From NCBI GenBank assembly GCA_001798075.1, contig MGRG01000005.1, forward strand, positions 193,148-257,147: a DNA stretch of 64,000 nt, in the 5' to 3' direction. The DNA comes from Deltaproteobacteria bacterium RIFCSPHIGHO2_01_FULL_43_49. Lineage in GTDB: Bacteria > UBA10199 > SPLOWO2-01-44-7. Made by a program: the position numbers and the translations under genes. Positions 45,237 through 55,789 of the stretch are shown in pieces. How positions within the stretch are numbered: the first letter of the stretch is position 1; the number at the start of each line of letters is the position of its first letter. The notes beneath the pieces were generated by a model that did not search any database, had not been told where the DNA came from, and saw only the letters and a list, made by a program, of their open reading frames with translations.

Positions 45237-46481
45237 CTATTTGCTAGATGTTAGGTGTGTAGATTGTTGAGGTCTCACAACAACTTTGGGTTCTTTAATG
45301 TAATTTTTAAGTTGTTCCGTCAACTCTTGGGTCAGCGCATTAACGGTCAAGCCGGTTGCCTTTATTTTGCCAATCAAAGGGTAGGTTATGGTGCCATCTG
45401 GCTGGACGGTAACACTCTTGTCTAAATCCGGAACTTTAGAGACAGAAACATATAAAGTATCCCCTTGCATAATAGCGCGGGTTTTTTCTTGCGCTGACTC
45501 CATTGCCGGAGGGTATTTTTCAATCAGCTTGGTAGAGGCTTTCTTGGGAGAAGCCATCACCGTTTTAGGAGCAGGGGAAGTTTGGATTGGGCTAAAATCT
45601 TGTTTACCATAGAGGAGTTCTTTGCGTCTTTTTTCTTCAATCTCTCGTTGTTTTAACTTTTCCCTTTCAAGGGCTAGAAGTATTTCTTGCTTTCTTTTTT
45701 CCTCTATTTCCCTTTGCTTTTGTTCTTCTTTCATCAAAGGGGCTAGCAACTCCTGCCTTCTTTTCATCTCCAATTCCCTTTGCTTTTGCTCCTCTTTTTC
45801 CAAAGCAAGGAGGGCCTCTCGTCTCTTTTGCATCTCAGCTTCTCTTTGTTGTTCTTCTAGCCCTTTGAGCTCTATTAAAATTTCCTGGCGTCTTTTAGCT
45901 TCTTGCTGAATTTTTTCTTCCTCTTGTCTTGATTTTTCGAGGAGCTCTTGTTGTTGTTTTTTGGCTTCTTCCTGAAGCCTTTTTTGCTGTTCTCTCATTT
46001 CGGCCATCAGTTCTTGTTTTTGCCTTCTAGCCTCGGCATCGATTTGTCTTTGCTCTTCTCTTCGTTTCGCCAGAATTTCTTGTTCCCAGTCTCTGGGCTC
46101 CCATTTAGAAACAGTACTCAATACTTGAGCTGGGTCAGGGATCTTTTTAGTCTCCAATTGTATTTGTCGCTCTTCTTTTTGTGCTTGTTTTTGGGCCGCC
46201 AATTTCTCTTCAATAATTAGCTTGGCGATTTCGGTATGACATTTCGTAAGGTATACCGAAGCCTTCTTGTAGTTGACGTCAATAGTAATGACTTTTCCAA
46301 AAAGGGATTTTGCACCCTCAAAATCTTTATTGTTAAAAAGATTAACCCCTTCTTCATAGCACTCTGAAAGACTCTCTTTGGTGCAAGAGAGCTCCTCTTG
46401 CTCGAGAGCGAAAACCAAGGGTGAAAAAAACAAGGAAAGCAACAAGGAAACACCAGCTAATGCGACTTTTTGCCTCCCCAT
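45237..46481 (-). CDS. TPR + long charged helical repeat + Poly_export domain protein
   Basis: Signal peptide, TPR, E/K/R/Q repeats, GDTLYVSV..VQPDGTITYPLIG. Confidence 0.8.
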   Translation of the reverse strand: MGRQKVALAGVSLLLSLFFSPLVFALEQEELSCTKESLSECYEEGVNLFNNKDFEGAKSLFGKVITIDVNYKKASVYLTKCHTEIAKLIIEEKLAAQKQAQKEERQIQLETKKIPDPAQVLSTVSKWEPRDWEQEILAKRREEQRQIDAEARRQKQELMAEMREQQKRLQEEAKKQQQELLEKSRQEEEKIQQEAKRRQEILIELKGLEEQQREAEMQKRREALLALEKEEQKQRELEMKRRQELLAPLMKEEQKQREIEEKRKQEILLALEREKLKQREIEEKRRKELLYGKQDFSPIQTSPAPKTVMASPKKASTKLIEKYPPAMESAQEKTRAIMQGDTLYVSVSKVPDLDKSVTVQPDGTITYPLIGKIKATGLTVNALTQELTEQLKNYIKEPKVVVRPQQSTHLTSSK

Positions 46482-46578
46482 AGGTGGCACAAACCTACTA
46501 AATATGGATTTAAGTGTCAATTTTTACTTTATCTTTAAAAACGTTTACAGAATGTCTTAAATTGTTTAGAATTCAACC

Positions 46579-47388
46579 ATGTACCTTAACTATTGGCGTT
46601 TGAAGGAAAGGCCTTTCGAGACGGCTCCGGAAACGAAGTTCTTTTTTTCCTCCCACAATCATGAAGAGGCCCTTCAGAGACTTTTGTTTTCCTGTCATGA
46701 GCATCGTGGCTGTATGGTTTTAACTGGGGAATATGGATGTGGTAAGACACTTTTGAGCCGGGTTTTAATCCGCGAACTGGCTAGAGATGTTCGTTGCCAA
46801 ATTGCCCTCATTATCAATCCTCGCCTTGCCCCCAAGGAATTTTTGGAGATGATTTGGTTTGAGCTGGGAGGCTCAAAGGAAAAAAGCGGGATGGACAAAG
46901 TCCTTCTCCTCGAACATATCAAACAACTTCTGGAAGGCAATGCAAAGGCGGGCCGAGAAACAACCCTTATTATTGATGAAGCTCAGGCCATTGAGAATGA
47001 AGAGGTCTTAGAAGAAATTCGACTCCTTATGAATATTCAAGATGGCGAGGAGTTATTGCTGAATATGATTTTTATCGGCCAGCCCGAACTCAAAGAAAGG
47101 ATATTAAAACTAAAGCAGCTTGCCCAGAGAATACAAATGTGGTTTCACCTCCCCCCACTTACTCCAGAAGAGACCCATCACTACATCCAATACCGTTTAA
47201 CGATTTCGGGTGGCCATTCTGAGATTTTTACGTCGGAGGCCTGCCAAAAAGTTCATGCCCTGGCAGGCGGAATTCCCAGGCTCATCAATAATATATGTAA
47301 TATGGCCTTGTGGATTGGCGAAAAAAATCAATTACAAAAAATTAATCCAGAAACGGTTGAAATGGCCTTTCAAACACTGAAAGGGTAA
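46579..47388 (+). CDS. ExeA/GspA-like AAA ATPase
   Basis: MYLNYWRLKERPF, GEYGCGKT, IIDEAQ, GQPEL, GIPRLIN. Confidence 0.92.
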   Translation: MYLNYWRLKERPFETAPETKFFFSSHNHEEALQRLLFSCHEHRGCMVLTGEYGCGKTLLSRVLIRELARDVRCQIALIINPRLAPKEFLEMIWFELGGSKEKSGMDKVLLLEHIKQLLEGNAKAGRETTLIIDEAQAIENEEVLEEIRLLMNIQDGEELLLNMIFIGQPELKERILKLKQLAQRIQMWFHLPPLTPEETHHYIQYRLTISGGHSEIFTSEACQKVHALAGGIPRLINNICNMALWIGEKNQLQKINPETVEMAFQTLKG

Positions 47389-47399
47389 ATAGGGCAAAG

Positions 47400-48260
47400 A
47401 TGAAGCGATTTTCATCCATCACCTTTCAAATGCTTTTCTTTTTGGCCCTTGGTGTTTTAACAGTGGGAGGCCTCTTTTTTTCTAGTCTTTCTTATAACAT
47501 TCAAGCCAGGGGGCTTTTGGGGAACGTTGAAAAAGATACGGAGTTTCTTAATCAAGTTAAAGAAATTCGCTACCATTTCAGTTTTGCAAGAAAAGAGGAG
47601 AAAAACTGGATTTTATTTAGGAATCCCAGTTACCTTGCATCGAGGAAGAAATCTCTTACGAGAGGAGAGAGCCTATTAGTAGATATTAAAAAACAGATGG
47701 CCACTCCGGAACTCGACGAATTGTTAGAATCTCTTGAGAGCCATCTGTTACACTACACGGCACTGGGTGAAGAATTGATGAGTGCCGATACGATAAAAAA
47801 AGTCGATCATTTTACAAAAAAGGCAAAGACAATCGATGAGGGGGTGACAGAGCAGATTTCTGAAATCACGGGGTTTCTATTGAAACGAGTCGATGAAAGT
47901 CAAAAAATAGCAACAGGAGCGTTTCAAACCTATTTTGTTTGGTCTCTTGTTTCTGTTTTTTCTGGGTTGGCTTTGTTCGTGGGTGCAGGGCTCCTTTGGA
48001 CTTATCGTTTGAAGGTGCGTTTGAAAAAACTCCTCAGGGCTACACGTAAAATGGCGATTGGAGACTATTCCCCACAATTGGAGACCCTCTATTCCGATGA
48101 GCTAGGTGTTTTGGCCGCCAATTTTAATGAAATGGCTGCAAAAATCGCCGAGCGTGAGGAAAAAATTAACCAGATCACCCAGGAGCTCATTCAGGCGAAT
48201 AATTTGCTTAAGAAAAGCGCAACCCCTATCCATCAGATTCCGAAATCTACAATTCGGTAA
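47400..48260 (+). CDS. Membrane sensor (TM, helical periplasmic domain, TM, HAMP) without an output domain
   Basis: DELGVLAANFNEMA HAMP signature; protein ends about 40 aa later. Confidence 0.8.
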   Translation: MKRFSSITFQMLFFLALGVLTVGGLFFSSLSYNIQARGLLGNVEKDTEFLNQVKEIRYHFSFARKEEKNWILFRNPSYLASRKKSLTRGESLLVDIKKQMATPELDELLESLESHLLHYTALGEELMSADTIKKVDHFTKKAKTIDEGVTEQISEITGFLLKRVDESQKIATGAFQTYFVWSLVSVFSGLALFVGAGLLWTYRLKVRLKKLLRATRKMAIGDYSPQLETLYSDELGVLAANFNEMAAKIAEREEKINQITQELIQANNLLKKSATPIHQIPKSTIR

Positions 48261-48331
48261 TCTTGGACTCGCTCTTCCAACCTTCCTACTACCTCATTGA
48301 CCCTCTAAGAAAAAAATCCTATAGGTTGAAC

Positions 48332-49873
48332 ATGGACAAGAGATGGCGCTCCACAACGCCCTGTAAAGTTAGCCTTATTCGCCCCCCTTCTATTGTTTCC
48401 CGCTATGCCATAGTGGCTCCTCTAGCTGTGCCGTTAGGGGTAGCATATCTTGCCTCTAGCTTGCGAGAGGCGGGTCATCGGGTTCAACTCATTGATGGAG
48501 TTGGGCTTAATACCAAGGAACCAAGACCTTGGAGTGATACTACGATTTATCGAGGTCTTTCCTTCGAAGAGATAGCAACACTCGTTGACCCTCAAACCAA
48601 TGTGATTGGGGTGTCTTGCATGTTTTCTAGCGACTGGCCGTTTGTGCGAGAGATGATTGAAACAATCCACCATAAGCATCCAGAAATCCCTATTGTACTG
48701 GGTGGTGAACATGTCACGGCTATTCCCGAGATCTGCCTAAACAGTTGCCCTTACGTCTCAGCATGTGTCGTTGGAGAGGGTGAGGAAACTTTTTTAGAAT
48801 TTTTAGAACATTTCAGTGAAAAGAAACCTTTAAACTCAGTAGCTGGACTGGTGTTTCGTAATGCAGAGCAGCACATCGTACATACTACTCCAAGAAACCG
48901 CATCCGTAATATTGACGATATTCCTTGGCCGGCATGGGATTTAGTACCGATGGAAAACTATCTTTCTCAACACCTCAGCGCAGGTACTCGCCATGGAAGA
49001 TCGATCGGCATGTTGGCCTCACGTGGTTGCCCTTACCAATGTACCTTCTGCTCCAACCTTAATATGTGGACTCCACGTTGGTTCGCTCGCGATCCCGAGA
49101 AAGTCATTGACGAAATCGAACACTATGTTCGTTGCTACCAAGTCGAAAATGTAGAATTTTTCGATCTCACGGCGATCATTAAAAGAGAATGGATATTATC
49201 ATTCTGCAATGGCCTAAAACGCCGTGGAATCAAAATCGTATGGCAGTTTCCTGTCGGCACTCGTTCGGAAGCGGTGGATAGGGAAGTTGCTAGGGCAATG
49301 ATATCGAGTGGCTGTCTTATAATGGGTTATGCACCGGAGAGTGGTTCGCCCGATACTCTCAAACAAATCAAAAAAATGGTTCATCTGCCCAGGCTCAAAC
49401 AATCTATGAGGGAGTGCCATGAAGCAGGACTAAACATGAAAGCGAATATGATGCTTGGTTTTCCAAGCGAAACACATCGCAACGTATGGGAAACTTTAAA
49501 ATTCCTTTTGGCTATGAGCTGGATAGGCGTTCATGACATATCGTTTTTCCCATTTGCGCCTTATCCTGGTTCACCTCTTTTCGAGGAATTGCGAAAAAAA
49601 GATAAACTTCCAGATATTTTCTCGGATCAATGGTTTTTCTCTCTTGCCTTCAGTAAGCTGGTGGGCTTTAAATGCTACTCTGAACACTATGGCAAAGGAA
49701 TGCTGCGCCTTTATCAAGCTTTAGGTTATATGATTTTTTATGGAACAGCATTTCTTTTTAGACCTGTGCGAATCTTGAGGATGATCAAAAATTTGGTCAC
49801 AGATAGTCATCAATCTCGTAGTGAAACCGTCCTCCTCTACTTTTTTCGCCGCCTGGCACACAAACCGGGCTAA
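48332..49873 (+). CDS. B12-binding radical SAM protein
   Basis: PLGVAYLA, GGEH, GEGE, SRGCPYQCTFC. Confidence 0.92.
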   Translation: MDKRWRSTTPCKVSLIRPPSIVSRYAIVAPLAVPLGVAYLASSLREAGHRVQLIDGVGLNTKEPRPWSDTTIYRGLSFEEIATLVDPQTNVIGVSCMFSSDWPFVREMIETIHHKHPEIPIVLGGEHVTAIPEICLNSCPYVSACVVGEGEETFLEFLEHFSEKKPLNSVAGLVFRNAEQHIVHTTPRNRIRNIDDIPWPAWDLVPMENYLSQHLSAGTRHGRSIGMLASRGCPYQCTFCSNLNMWTPRWFARDPEKVIDEIEHYVRCYQVENVEFFDLTAIIKREWILSFCNGLKRRGIKIVWQFPVGTRSEAVDREVARAMISSGCLIMGYAPESGSPDTLKQIKKMVHLPRLKQSMRECHEAGLNMKANMMLGFPSETHRNVWETLKFLLAMSWIGVHDISFFPFAPYPGSPLFEELRKKDKLPDIFSDQWFFSLAFSKLVGFKCYSEHYGKGMLRLYQALGYMIFYGTAFLFRPVRILRMIKNLVTDSHQSRSETVLLYFFRRLAHKPG

Positions 49874-49892
49874 TGAATTTCACGGTAACTCA

Positions 49893-51320
49893 TTAATCTA
49901 CAATTCTGTAATTTTGCACCCGACTTTCCAATCCTTCCCAAATCGCTTCTACCGCCAAACCGTCAGTCAACCCATTGGCAATAAACCGCCCCATATCTAC
50001 GCAATGGTCGCTATTATTGTAATTGTAAAAACCGATCCGCCCGGTGGAAATAAAATTACTATTTTTTTTCAACTCCCTGTAGAGGGAACTCGTAATCTCT
50101 TTATAATGCAGATCATAACGAGGATAAAATTTTGGAAAACGTTTTACAAAAGAAAAAAGGACATCCCCTTTATCTATTAAGCCACATCGCTCTAAACCAT
50201 TTATGCAAAGGTGAGATAATTCTGTGTCGCTCCTATTCCATAACTCACCGCCATATTCTCCCGTAAAGTCACAGCAAAGGAGAGTTTTGTCTTGTGGTAT
50301 CATATCGATGCTCATATTCTTTTGTTCAAAAACCCTCCCAAATAAAAATTCCCTTCCTGGAAAAAAGATCCAATGGTCCTTCGTCACCTGTTTTTTCATA
50401 AGACCGATATAAACCAAAAACACGGCTCGGTATTGAAGTCTTTTAGACAATGCCAATAATTCTCCTGTTGTCTTATCCTTCTCATGACTCATTAGTTCCA
50501 AAGCAACATCAAAGGGAAGAGTGGAAATTAAATAATCAACTGGTAAAGTTATAGTGCCGCTGGGCCGATTGATAGTTACTTCCTTGATTCTATTCTTTTC
50601 TAAATAAATCTTCAGTGGCGTGGCCTGAGTAAAAATCTGTCCTCCATGCTTTGTTATTTCTTCTCCCATTCTAAGCGGGATGCGACCGAATCCCATTTTG
50701 GGATAATAAAAATAAGTCGCGTCGGTAAGGACGTTTTCTTTTTTTAGGCGCACAATTCTTGTCATTAGCTCAAGTACATTTTGACTGGGTATCCTAGCCT
50801 TTGCAATATCTGCCGACAATGTCTCGGGCGATCCCCATGTTTTTTCAGCTAAAGGCCTAAAAACTAAATCATAGATAGTACGGCCAAAATGGTGGAGGCA
50901 ATATTCTTCAAAAGAAAGACTGTTCTTTTGACGAGAGGCCGTGTTTTTTAGAAGGATTTTCAGAAAATCAAGCCCACAGTGAAAAATATTTCTGAACCTC
51001 ATTTGCAAAGCGAGTTCTGAAAATTGAAGAGGGTAGTTTAAATATTTTCCAAAGAGATAAATACGATTTTTTTTTTCGTGTGTTAATAATTCATTTCCCA
51101 TCAATGTTTTAATTTCATCCAGAACTCCGGGAAGGGTAGAAAAACACTTGTGGGGACCGTAGTCCAATAACATATCCTCATGGGAAAAAGTGCCACACAT
51201 CCCCCCCAAAACGGACTCCTTCTCAATAACCGTCACATCAAACCGGCCGGTACGGGAAAGCATCCATCCTGCCGAAAGTCCCCCGACTCCCCCCCCAAAA
51301 ATAACGACCTTCTTTTTCAT
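49893..51320 (-). CDS. FAD-dependent oxidoreductase (UDP-galactopyranose mutase / HemY-like)
   Basis: GGGVGGL, DYGPH, YYPKMG, GRIGFYNYNNSDH. Confidence 0.85.
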   Translation of the reverse strand: MKKKVVIFGGGVGGLSAGWMLSRTGRFDVTVIEKESVLGGMCGTFSHEDMLLDYGPHKCFSTLPGVLDEIKTLMGNELLTHEKKNRIYLFGKYLNYPLQFSELALQMRFRNIFHCGLDFLKILLKNTASRQKNSLSFEEYCLHHFGRTIYDLVFRPLAEKTWGSPETLSADIAKARIPSQNVLELMTRIVRLKKENVLTDATYFYYPKMGFGRIPLRMGEEITKHGGQIFTQATPLKIYLEKNRIKEVTINRPSGTITLPVDYLISTLPFDVALELMSHEKDKTTGELLALSKRLQYRAVFLVYIGLMKKQVTKDHWIFFPGREFLFGRVFEQKNMSIDMIPQDKTLLCCDFTGEYGGELWNRSDTELSHLCINGLERCGLIDKGDVLFSFVKRFPKFYPRYDLHYKEITSSLYRELKKNSNFISTGRIGFYNYNNSDHCVDMGRFIANGLTDGLAVEAIWEGLESRVQNYRIVD

Positions 51321-51323
51321 CCC

Positions 51324-52253
51324 TTATCTCTTCCAAGCAATGACAAGTGTTTGACCTATCCAGTAAGGAACTTGCACGCTTTGTAACCTCAATTTTTGGA
51401 CAAGTTTTTTACCAAGGTGGCCCATTTTTGGAAAATAAGCCTGCATGCGACGAAAAATATATTCAACTTCTAATGTTTGGAAATGAGGTTTGAATGCAAC
51501 AATTTTGAAGCCACAGTGCTTTAGTAAATTTGTGATGGAAGTTTTTGTAAAGTAATAAAGATGAACGGAGAGTAGAAAGACCCATTTTCTACCCATAAAC
51601 TTTGAAATCCAGCTGCCAACGTCGGGATAATTGACGATAAGCAATCCCCCCGGGCGTAAAATGCGATGACATTCCTCCAAAACTTTTCTGGGTGATGGAG
51701 TGTGTTCCAAAACATCCCAAAGAGTAATAATATCAAAAGTTGCATCCTCACAATTCAAGCTTTGGATTTCTCCAGCATGAATGGGAATTCCATATTGTTT
51801 TTGTCCCCATTCACAAAGCCATCGGTTTGGTTCACAACCCACCACATCCCACCCTCTTTTTTTGGCAACATACAAAAAGGAGCCTCCGGCTGCGCCAACA
51901 TCCAAAATTTTTCCCTTGTCCGATTTTTTCCAGAACCTCTCCACAATATTGAGACAACGCTCAAAGGTTCTTTCCCTTGCTTTTGCTTGGGAAACAAAAG
52001 TGGTGTCATTGCCACTGGCGTATCCCTCTAGAATCAGTGAGGCATTCAAACGAGGATTCACATAGGTCAGACCACACTGGGTACACCGAACAACTTGATC
52101 AATAAGGATTTCATCTCCAGAGCTTCTGAATTTTTCTTCGATATCGGTGTATCGTTGTTTTTCATAACAGGCGGGGTAAATAATTATATAGTTATCGCTT
52201 TCACACAGATCACATTTTATCTGTTCTAAGGGAAGATTCGTAGAAACAGTCAT
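51324..52253 (-). CDS. Class I SAM methyltransferase with N-terminal Cys motifs
   Basis: CDLC..CTQC, LDVGAAGG, DVLEH. Confidence 0.9.
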   Translation of the reverse strand: MTVSTNLPLEQIKCDLCESDNYIIIYPACYEKQRYTDIEEKFRSSGDEILIDQVVRCTQCGLTYVNPRLNASLILEGYASGNDTTFVSQAKARERTFERCLNIVERFWKKSDKGKILDVGAAGGSFLYVAKKRGWDVVGCEPNRWLCEWGQKQYGIPIHAGEIQSLNCEDATFDIITLWDVLEHTPSPRKVLEECHRILRPGGLLIVNYPDVGSWISKFMGRKWVFLLSVHLYYFTKTSITNLLKHCGFKIVAFKPHFQTLEVEYIFRRMQAYFPKMGHLGKKLVQKLRLQSVQVPYWIGQTLVIAWKR

Positions 52254-53134
52254 TTTCTTTTTAGGAGGATATGCAGCTCTCGGAAGCGGGTATTGACAGA
52301 ACTCAAAACCATCCCAATTCCGAACATGAAAAAGGAGAGCAGGAGTAAGGCTACGGCAAGAATGGTCCCGAAAGTATTAGCAATCTTGAGATAGCATCCG
52401 ATACTTAAGAAGGCCATTAGCAGAGCAACAGCCGAAAAAATACGTAAGGGATGATGATCCCGAAGCAAAACAGCAATGGTGAGCAAGATGCGGTATCCAT
52501 CATAGAAAGTGTGTAGTTTCGAGTGACTACCGCGGGGGCGTTCTTTGTACCCAATGGGGATCTCTTTGATGGTCATTCTTTGCTCGATGGCTTGCAAGGT
52601 GAGTTCTGTCTCGATTTGGAAGCCGGTAGTAATTAATGGGATGTGCCTGACAAAATTTTTGCTAAAGACCCTATAACCTGACAAGATATCCTTGAATTTT
52701 GTTCTGAAGCAAAAATTGAGAAAGCCTGTAAGCAAGTGGTTGCCAAATCGGTGTAGCCAACGCATTCCATTGCCTCCAGGAGTTTCCAATCTTGTTCCAA
52801 CAACCATATCGGCTTCACCTTTTTGAATACAATCTACCATAGGATGGACGCTTTTCACGGGATAAGTGTCATCCCCATCCACTAGGACAATGATGTCTGA
52901 CTGAACGTGAGCAAAGATGGCCTGGACAACACTTCCTTTTCCTTTGCGATTTACTCGAACAACGGTCGCATTTTTGCTTTTTGCAATGGAGGCTGTCCTG
53001 TCGGTTGAGTTATTGTCAAAGACAATCATTTCGGCTTGTGGCAACTCTTTGCGAAAATCGTCAATGACTTTACCAATGGTTGACTCTTCATTAAAACAAG
53101 GGATGACTACGCAGATTGTCGGTTCTTTATCCAA
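52250..53134 (-). CDS. GT2 (DPM/GtrB-like) polyprenyl-phosphate glycosyltransferase
   Basis: IPCFNEE, DNNSTD, GKG, DGDDTY, two C-terminal TMs; TTG start just after the upstream stop. Confidence 0.9.
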   Translation of the reverse strand: MDKEPTICVVIPCFNEESTIGKVIDDFRKELPQAEMIVFDNNSTDRTASIAKSKNATVVRVNRKGKGSVVQAIFAHVQSDIIVLVDGDDTYPVKSVHPMVDCIQKGEADMVVGTRLETPGGNGMRWLHRFGNHLLTGFLNFCFRTKFKDILSGYRVFSKNFVRHIPLITTGFQIETELTLQAIEQRMTIKEIPIGYKERPRGSHSKLHTFYDGYRILLTIAVLLRDHHPLRIFSAVALLMAFLSIGCYLKIANTFGTILAVALLLLSFFMFGIGMVLSSVNTRFRELHILLKRK

Positions 53135-53136
53135 TG

Positions 53137-54600
53137 TCAGATTCTCCTTGCTTTCAAAATGAGCCCCCAAGTTTTCAAGGCGCGGTAAGGGGTCATCTCC
53201 ATTTTTGTCTCGAAGCGCAGCTTCAGAAAATTCATTATTTGCCTTAATATTTTTTGTGGATGGTAAAGGAGTTTCCATAAGAGAAAGCGACGATATAATC
53301 GAAAGCGAAATTTCGCCAATTTTTTATAGTCTCTTCTCCAAGAAGGGGAGAAAGTCAATTCCGAATAGTTTTTAAACCCGGAAAATTCGTTATAGATTTT
53401 AGAGCCAGGTACGGGGGTAATGATAAATTGGGCTATTTCATCAATACCAGCCTTTGTTAGGAGGCGCGCCAAATTTATTGTCTGTTTTCTGTCTTCATCA
53501 TCTTCCCCCGGGAATCCCAAAACAAAACAGGCCTGGGAGAAAATTCCAAAATGATTCATTGCCTTCACAAGCTGTGTAGCATGTCCAATATTAAATGGTT
53601 TTTGGATCTTTTGCATAATTTTGGGCGAGCCCGATTCGGGCGAAATGGAAATGTAACGGCATCCTGCTTTGGCCATCCATTCAATTGTTTTTTCACTTTT
53701 GATCGATTCCACTTTTGTGCCGGCGGCAATTTTCCAAATAATTTTTAGTTTTTTCTCCACGATTTTTTGGCACAAAGTCTGGATGCGTTCATCATTAATA
53801 GTGGGATTAACATCTTCAATGTGAAATTCACTAACTCCCAGGGTTTTTTGAAACCATTCCATCTCGGCAACAACATTTTCCGCCGATCTGGCGCGCCATT
53901 TCTGATTATTAGTTTCAGGAATAACGCAAAACCGACAAGGATAGGGACATCCTCTGGAGGTTAGCAAAGGAAGATAGCGTTTTGTTTCAAAGGGCCCATG
54001 TGCATAACGCAAATTCCAGTAGTTTTGGAGTGGAAAGAGATCCCAAGCAGGGAAGGGGAGTTTGTCTAAGTCTTCAATTTGTTTGTCATTTTCAAGAAGG
54101 GTATGCAATTCTTCAGAAGAACCATTTTTTTCCAGAGCCCCAACAAATTTTAAGCCCTTTTCTTCAACTTCTCCCGTCAAAACATAGTCGACGCCGACTG
54201 AATAAAAATCTTTTTGGACCGCTTTGAGTGAATAAGCGGTTACAGCCTGAGTGTTTTCAAAAACAATAATGGGAATTTTTGGAAAACTTTGTTTTAATCT
54301 CTTTGCAATTTCAATAGTTGAATAATGGCTGGCAAGGTTGATGGCATAGAGAAAAAACGCTTTTGTTTGAGGCGCGATTTTATCAACAACATCTTGGGTT
54401 GTTAATCCCCGAATCACAAAGCCATTTTCGAAACGACTTTTTTGTGGTGCCTCTCCAAAAGCATCGATGATCCCAAACTTTATTTTGTTTTGTCTCAAGA
54501 CAGCAGCGAAATAAGCCAACCCGATTGGCATATAAACGATACCTGTTGTAAAGGGGTCTGATTTCTGAACAATCAAATTAGGATTGATGAGGGTATACAT
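53137..54600 (-). CDS. B12-binding radical SAM protein
   Basis: PIGLAY, TSRGCPYPCRFC, PESGS. Confidence 0.9.
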   Translation of the reverse strand: MYTLINPNLIVQKSDPFTTGIVYMPIGLAYFAAVLRQNKIKFGIIDAFGEAPQKSRFENGFVIRGLTTQDVVDKIAPQTKAFFLYAINLASHYSTIEIAKRLKQSFPKIPIIVFENTQAVTAYSLKAVQKDFYSVGVDYVLTGEVEEKGLKFVGALEKNGSSEELHTLLENDKQIEDLDKLPFPAWDLFPLQNYWNLRYAHGPFETKRYLPLLTSRGCPYPCRFCVIPETNNQKWRARSAENVVAEMEWFQKTLGVSEFHIEDVNPTINDERIQTLCQKIVEKKLKIIWKIAAGTKVESIKSEKTIEWMAKAGCRYISISPESGSPKIMQKIQKPFNIGHATQLVKAMNHFGIFSQACFVLGFPGEDDEDRKQTINLARLLTKAGIDEIAQFIITPVPGSKIYNEFSGFKNYSELTFSPSWRRDYKKLAKFRFRLYRRFLLWKLLYHPQKILRQIMNFLKLRFETKMEMTPYRALKTWGLILKARRI

Positions 54601-54602
54601 GG

Positions 54603-55787
54603 TTAGCTATTTGATTCCTTGTCTCTAAGATAGGAATACCGCTCTTTGGTTAGAAGTTTTGCCCCTGGGAATTTTTGTATTTTGTGCATGATATTATGCA
54701 ATGATACATCATTGAGAGGGCAGGTATTGCAAATGTTCAAATCACACCGATTTGTTTTTAGTTTTACACGAAAAGTTTGATAACCCTTCCCATTCCAGAC
54801 TTCTTCAAACGATTTTTCCTGGAGGTTTCCAAGCTTCATTTGGTAATCGTAATAGAGACAACAGGGATTGACTCGTCCATCCCAGGAAACAGCCACAACA
54901 TAGTAGGGAAAATAACAGGGCCCTTTTCCATCGAGGGAATTCTTTAGGTCCTCAGAAATGGTTGTCAGATTCCTAACGACCTCTGTCATTTTATATTGTG
55001 CAGCCAGCCCAATTGCTTGACTCAGAATTTCTTGAATCAGGGGTGAGTTTTTCAGAATTCTAGACTGTTGTTGTTCGATGTCGTAACCGTAACCCCTCGC
55101 AAAAGTTGGAATAATTTTCAATTTTTCATGGCAGAATTGAACCATCAACGGCACTTCATGGATATTGTCTTGAGTGATCGTGAAATTAATCGTAATAACT
55201 ATTTTTGATTTTTCTTGTTCGGTAATCTTTTTAAATTCTTGAATCCCTTCAATGGTTTTTTGAAATTTGGCCCCGACCCTTATTTTTTCAAAATTTTCCG
55301 GGGTTGGGCTATCTATGGAAAACCATATCTGATCTAGTCCGGTCTTGATGATTTCACGGGAAAGTTTGCTATTGAGCATGGTTGCATTAGAAGAGATGCG
55401 GGCGGTAATTTTTCTTTTCTTACAATACCTTACCATTTCCAGTATTTGTGGATTCAAAAAAGGTTCGCCAAATCCGACAAATGCGACGAAAATAGGATCA
55501 ATACCGCCACAGATTTTTTTGAAAAACTCAAATTTCATATGTCTTAAATCGCGGGTAATCGATTCGGTGCGAGGGCACATTGTGCATTTTAAATTACAAA
55601 CACCTGTTGGCTCTATATGAAGGAAGAGGGGATTTTTTGCCCTTTTTGTTCCACGATACATGGCAAAGCCCGTTTCAAACATCCTTTTGACATTCCGAGG
55701 GCTTAATTTCAAAACTTGCAACGCCACCTGAAAATGTTGGGATGACTCTTGCAGTTTTTTGATGAGTAAATGTTTAGTGTCAAACAT
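54603..55787 (-). CDS. Radical SAM/SPASM domain protein
   Basis: CNLKCTMC, GEPF, CYFPY...PCC...CNTC. Confidence 0.92.
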   Translation of the reverse strand: MFDTKHLLIKKLQESSQHFQVALQVLKLSPRNVKRMFETGFAMYRGTKRAKNPLFLHIEPTGVCNLKCTMCPRTESITRDLRHMKFEFFKKICGGIDPIFVAFVGFGEPFLNPQILEMVRYCKKRKITARISSNATMLNSKLSREIIKTGLDQIWFSIDSPTPENFEKIRVGAKFQKTIEGIQEFKKITEQEKSKIVITINFTITQDNIHEVPLMVQFCHEKLKIIPTFARGYGYDIEQQQSRILKNSPLIQEILSQAIGLAAQYKMTEVVRNLTTISEDLKNSLDGKGPCYFPYYVVAVSWDGRVNPCCLYYDYQMKLGNLQEKSFEEVWNGKGYQTFRVKLKTNRCDLNICNTCPLNDVSLHNIMHKIQKFPGAKLLTKERYSYLRDKESNS

Positions 55788-55789
55788 GA

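Noticed and set aside
53137..53278. 142-nt overlap between the GT2 and radical SAM ORFs
   Set aside because: ORF-caller extension; the GT2 domain begins at TTG 53134
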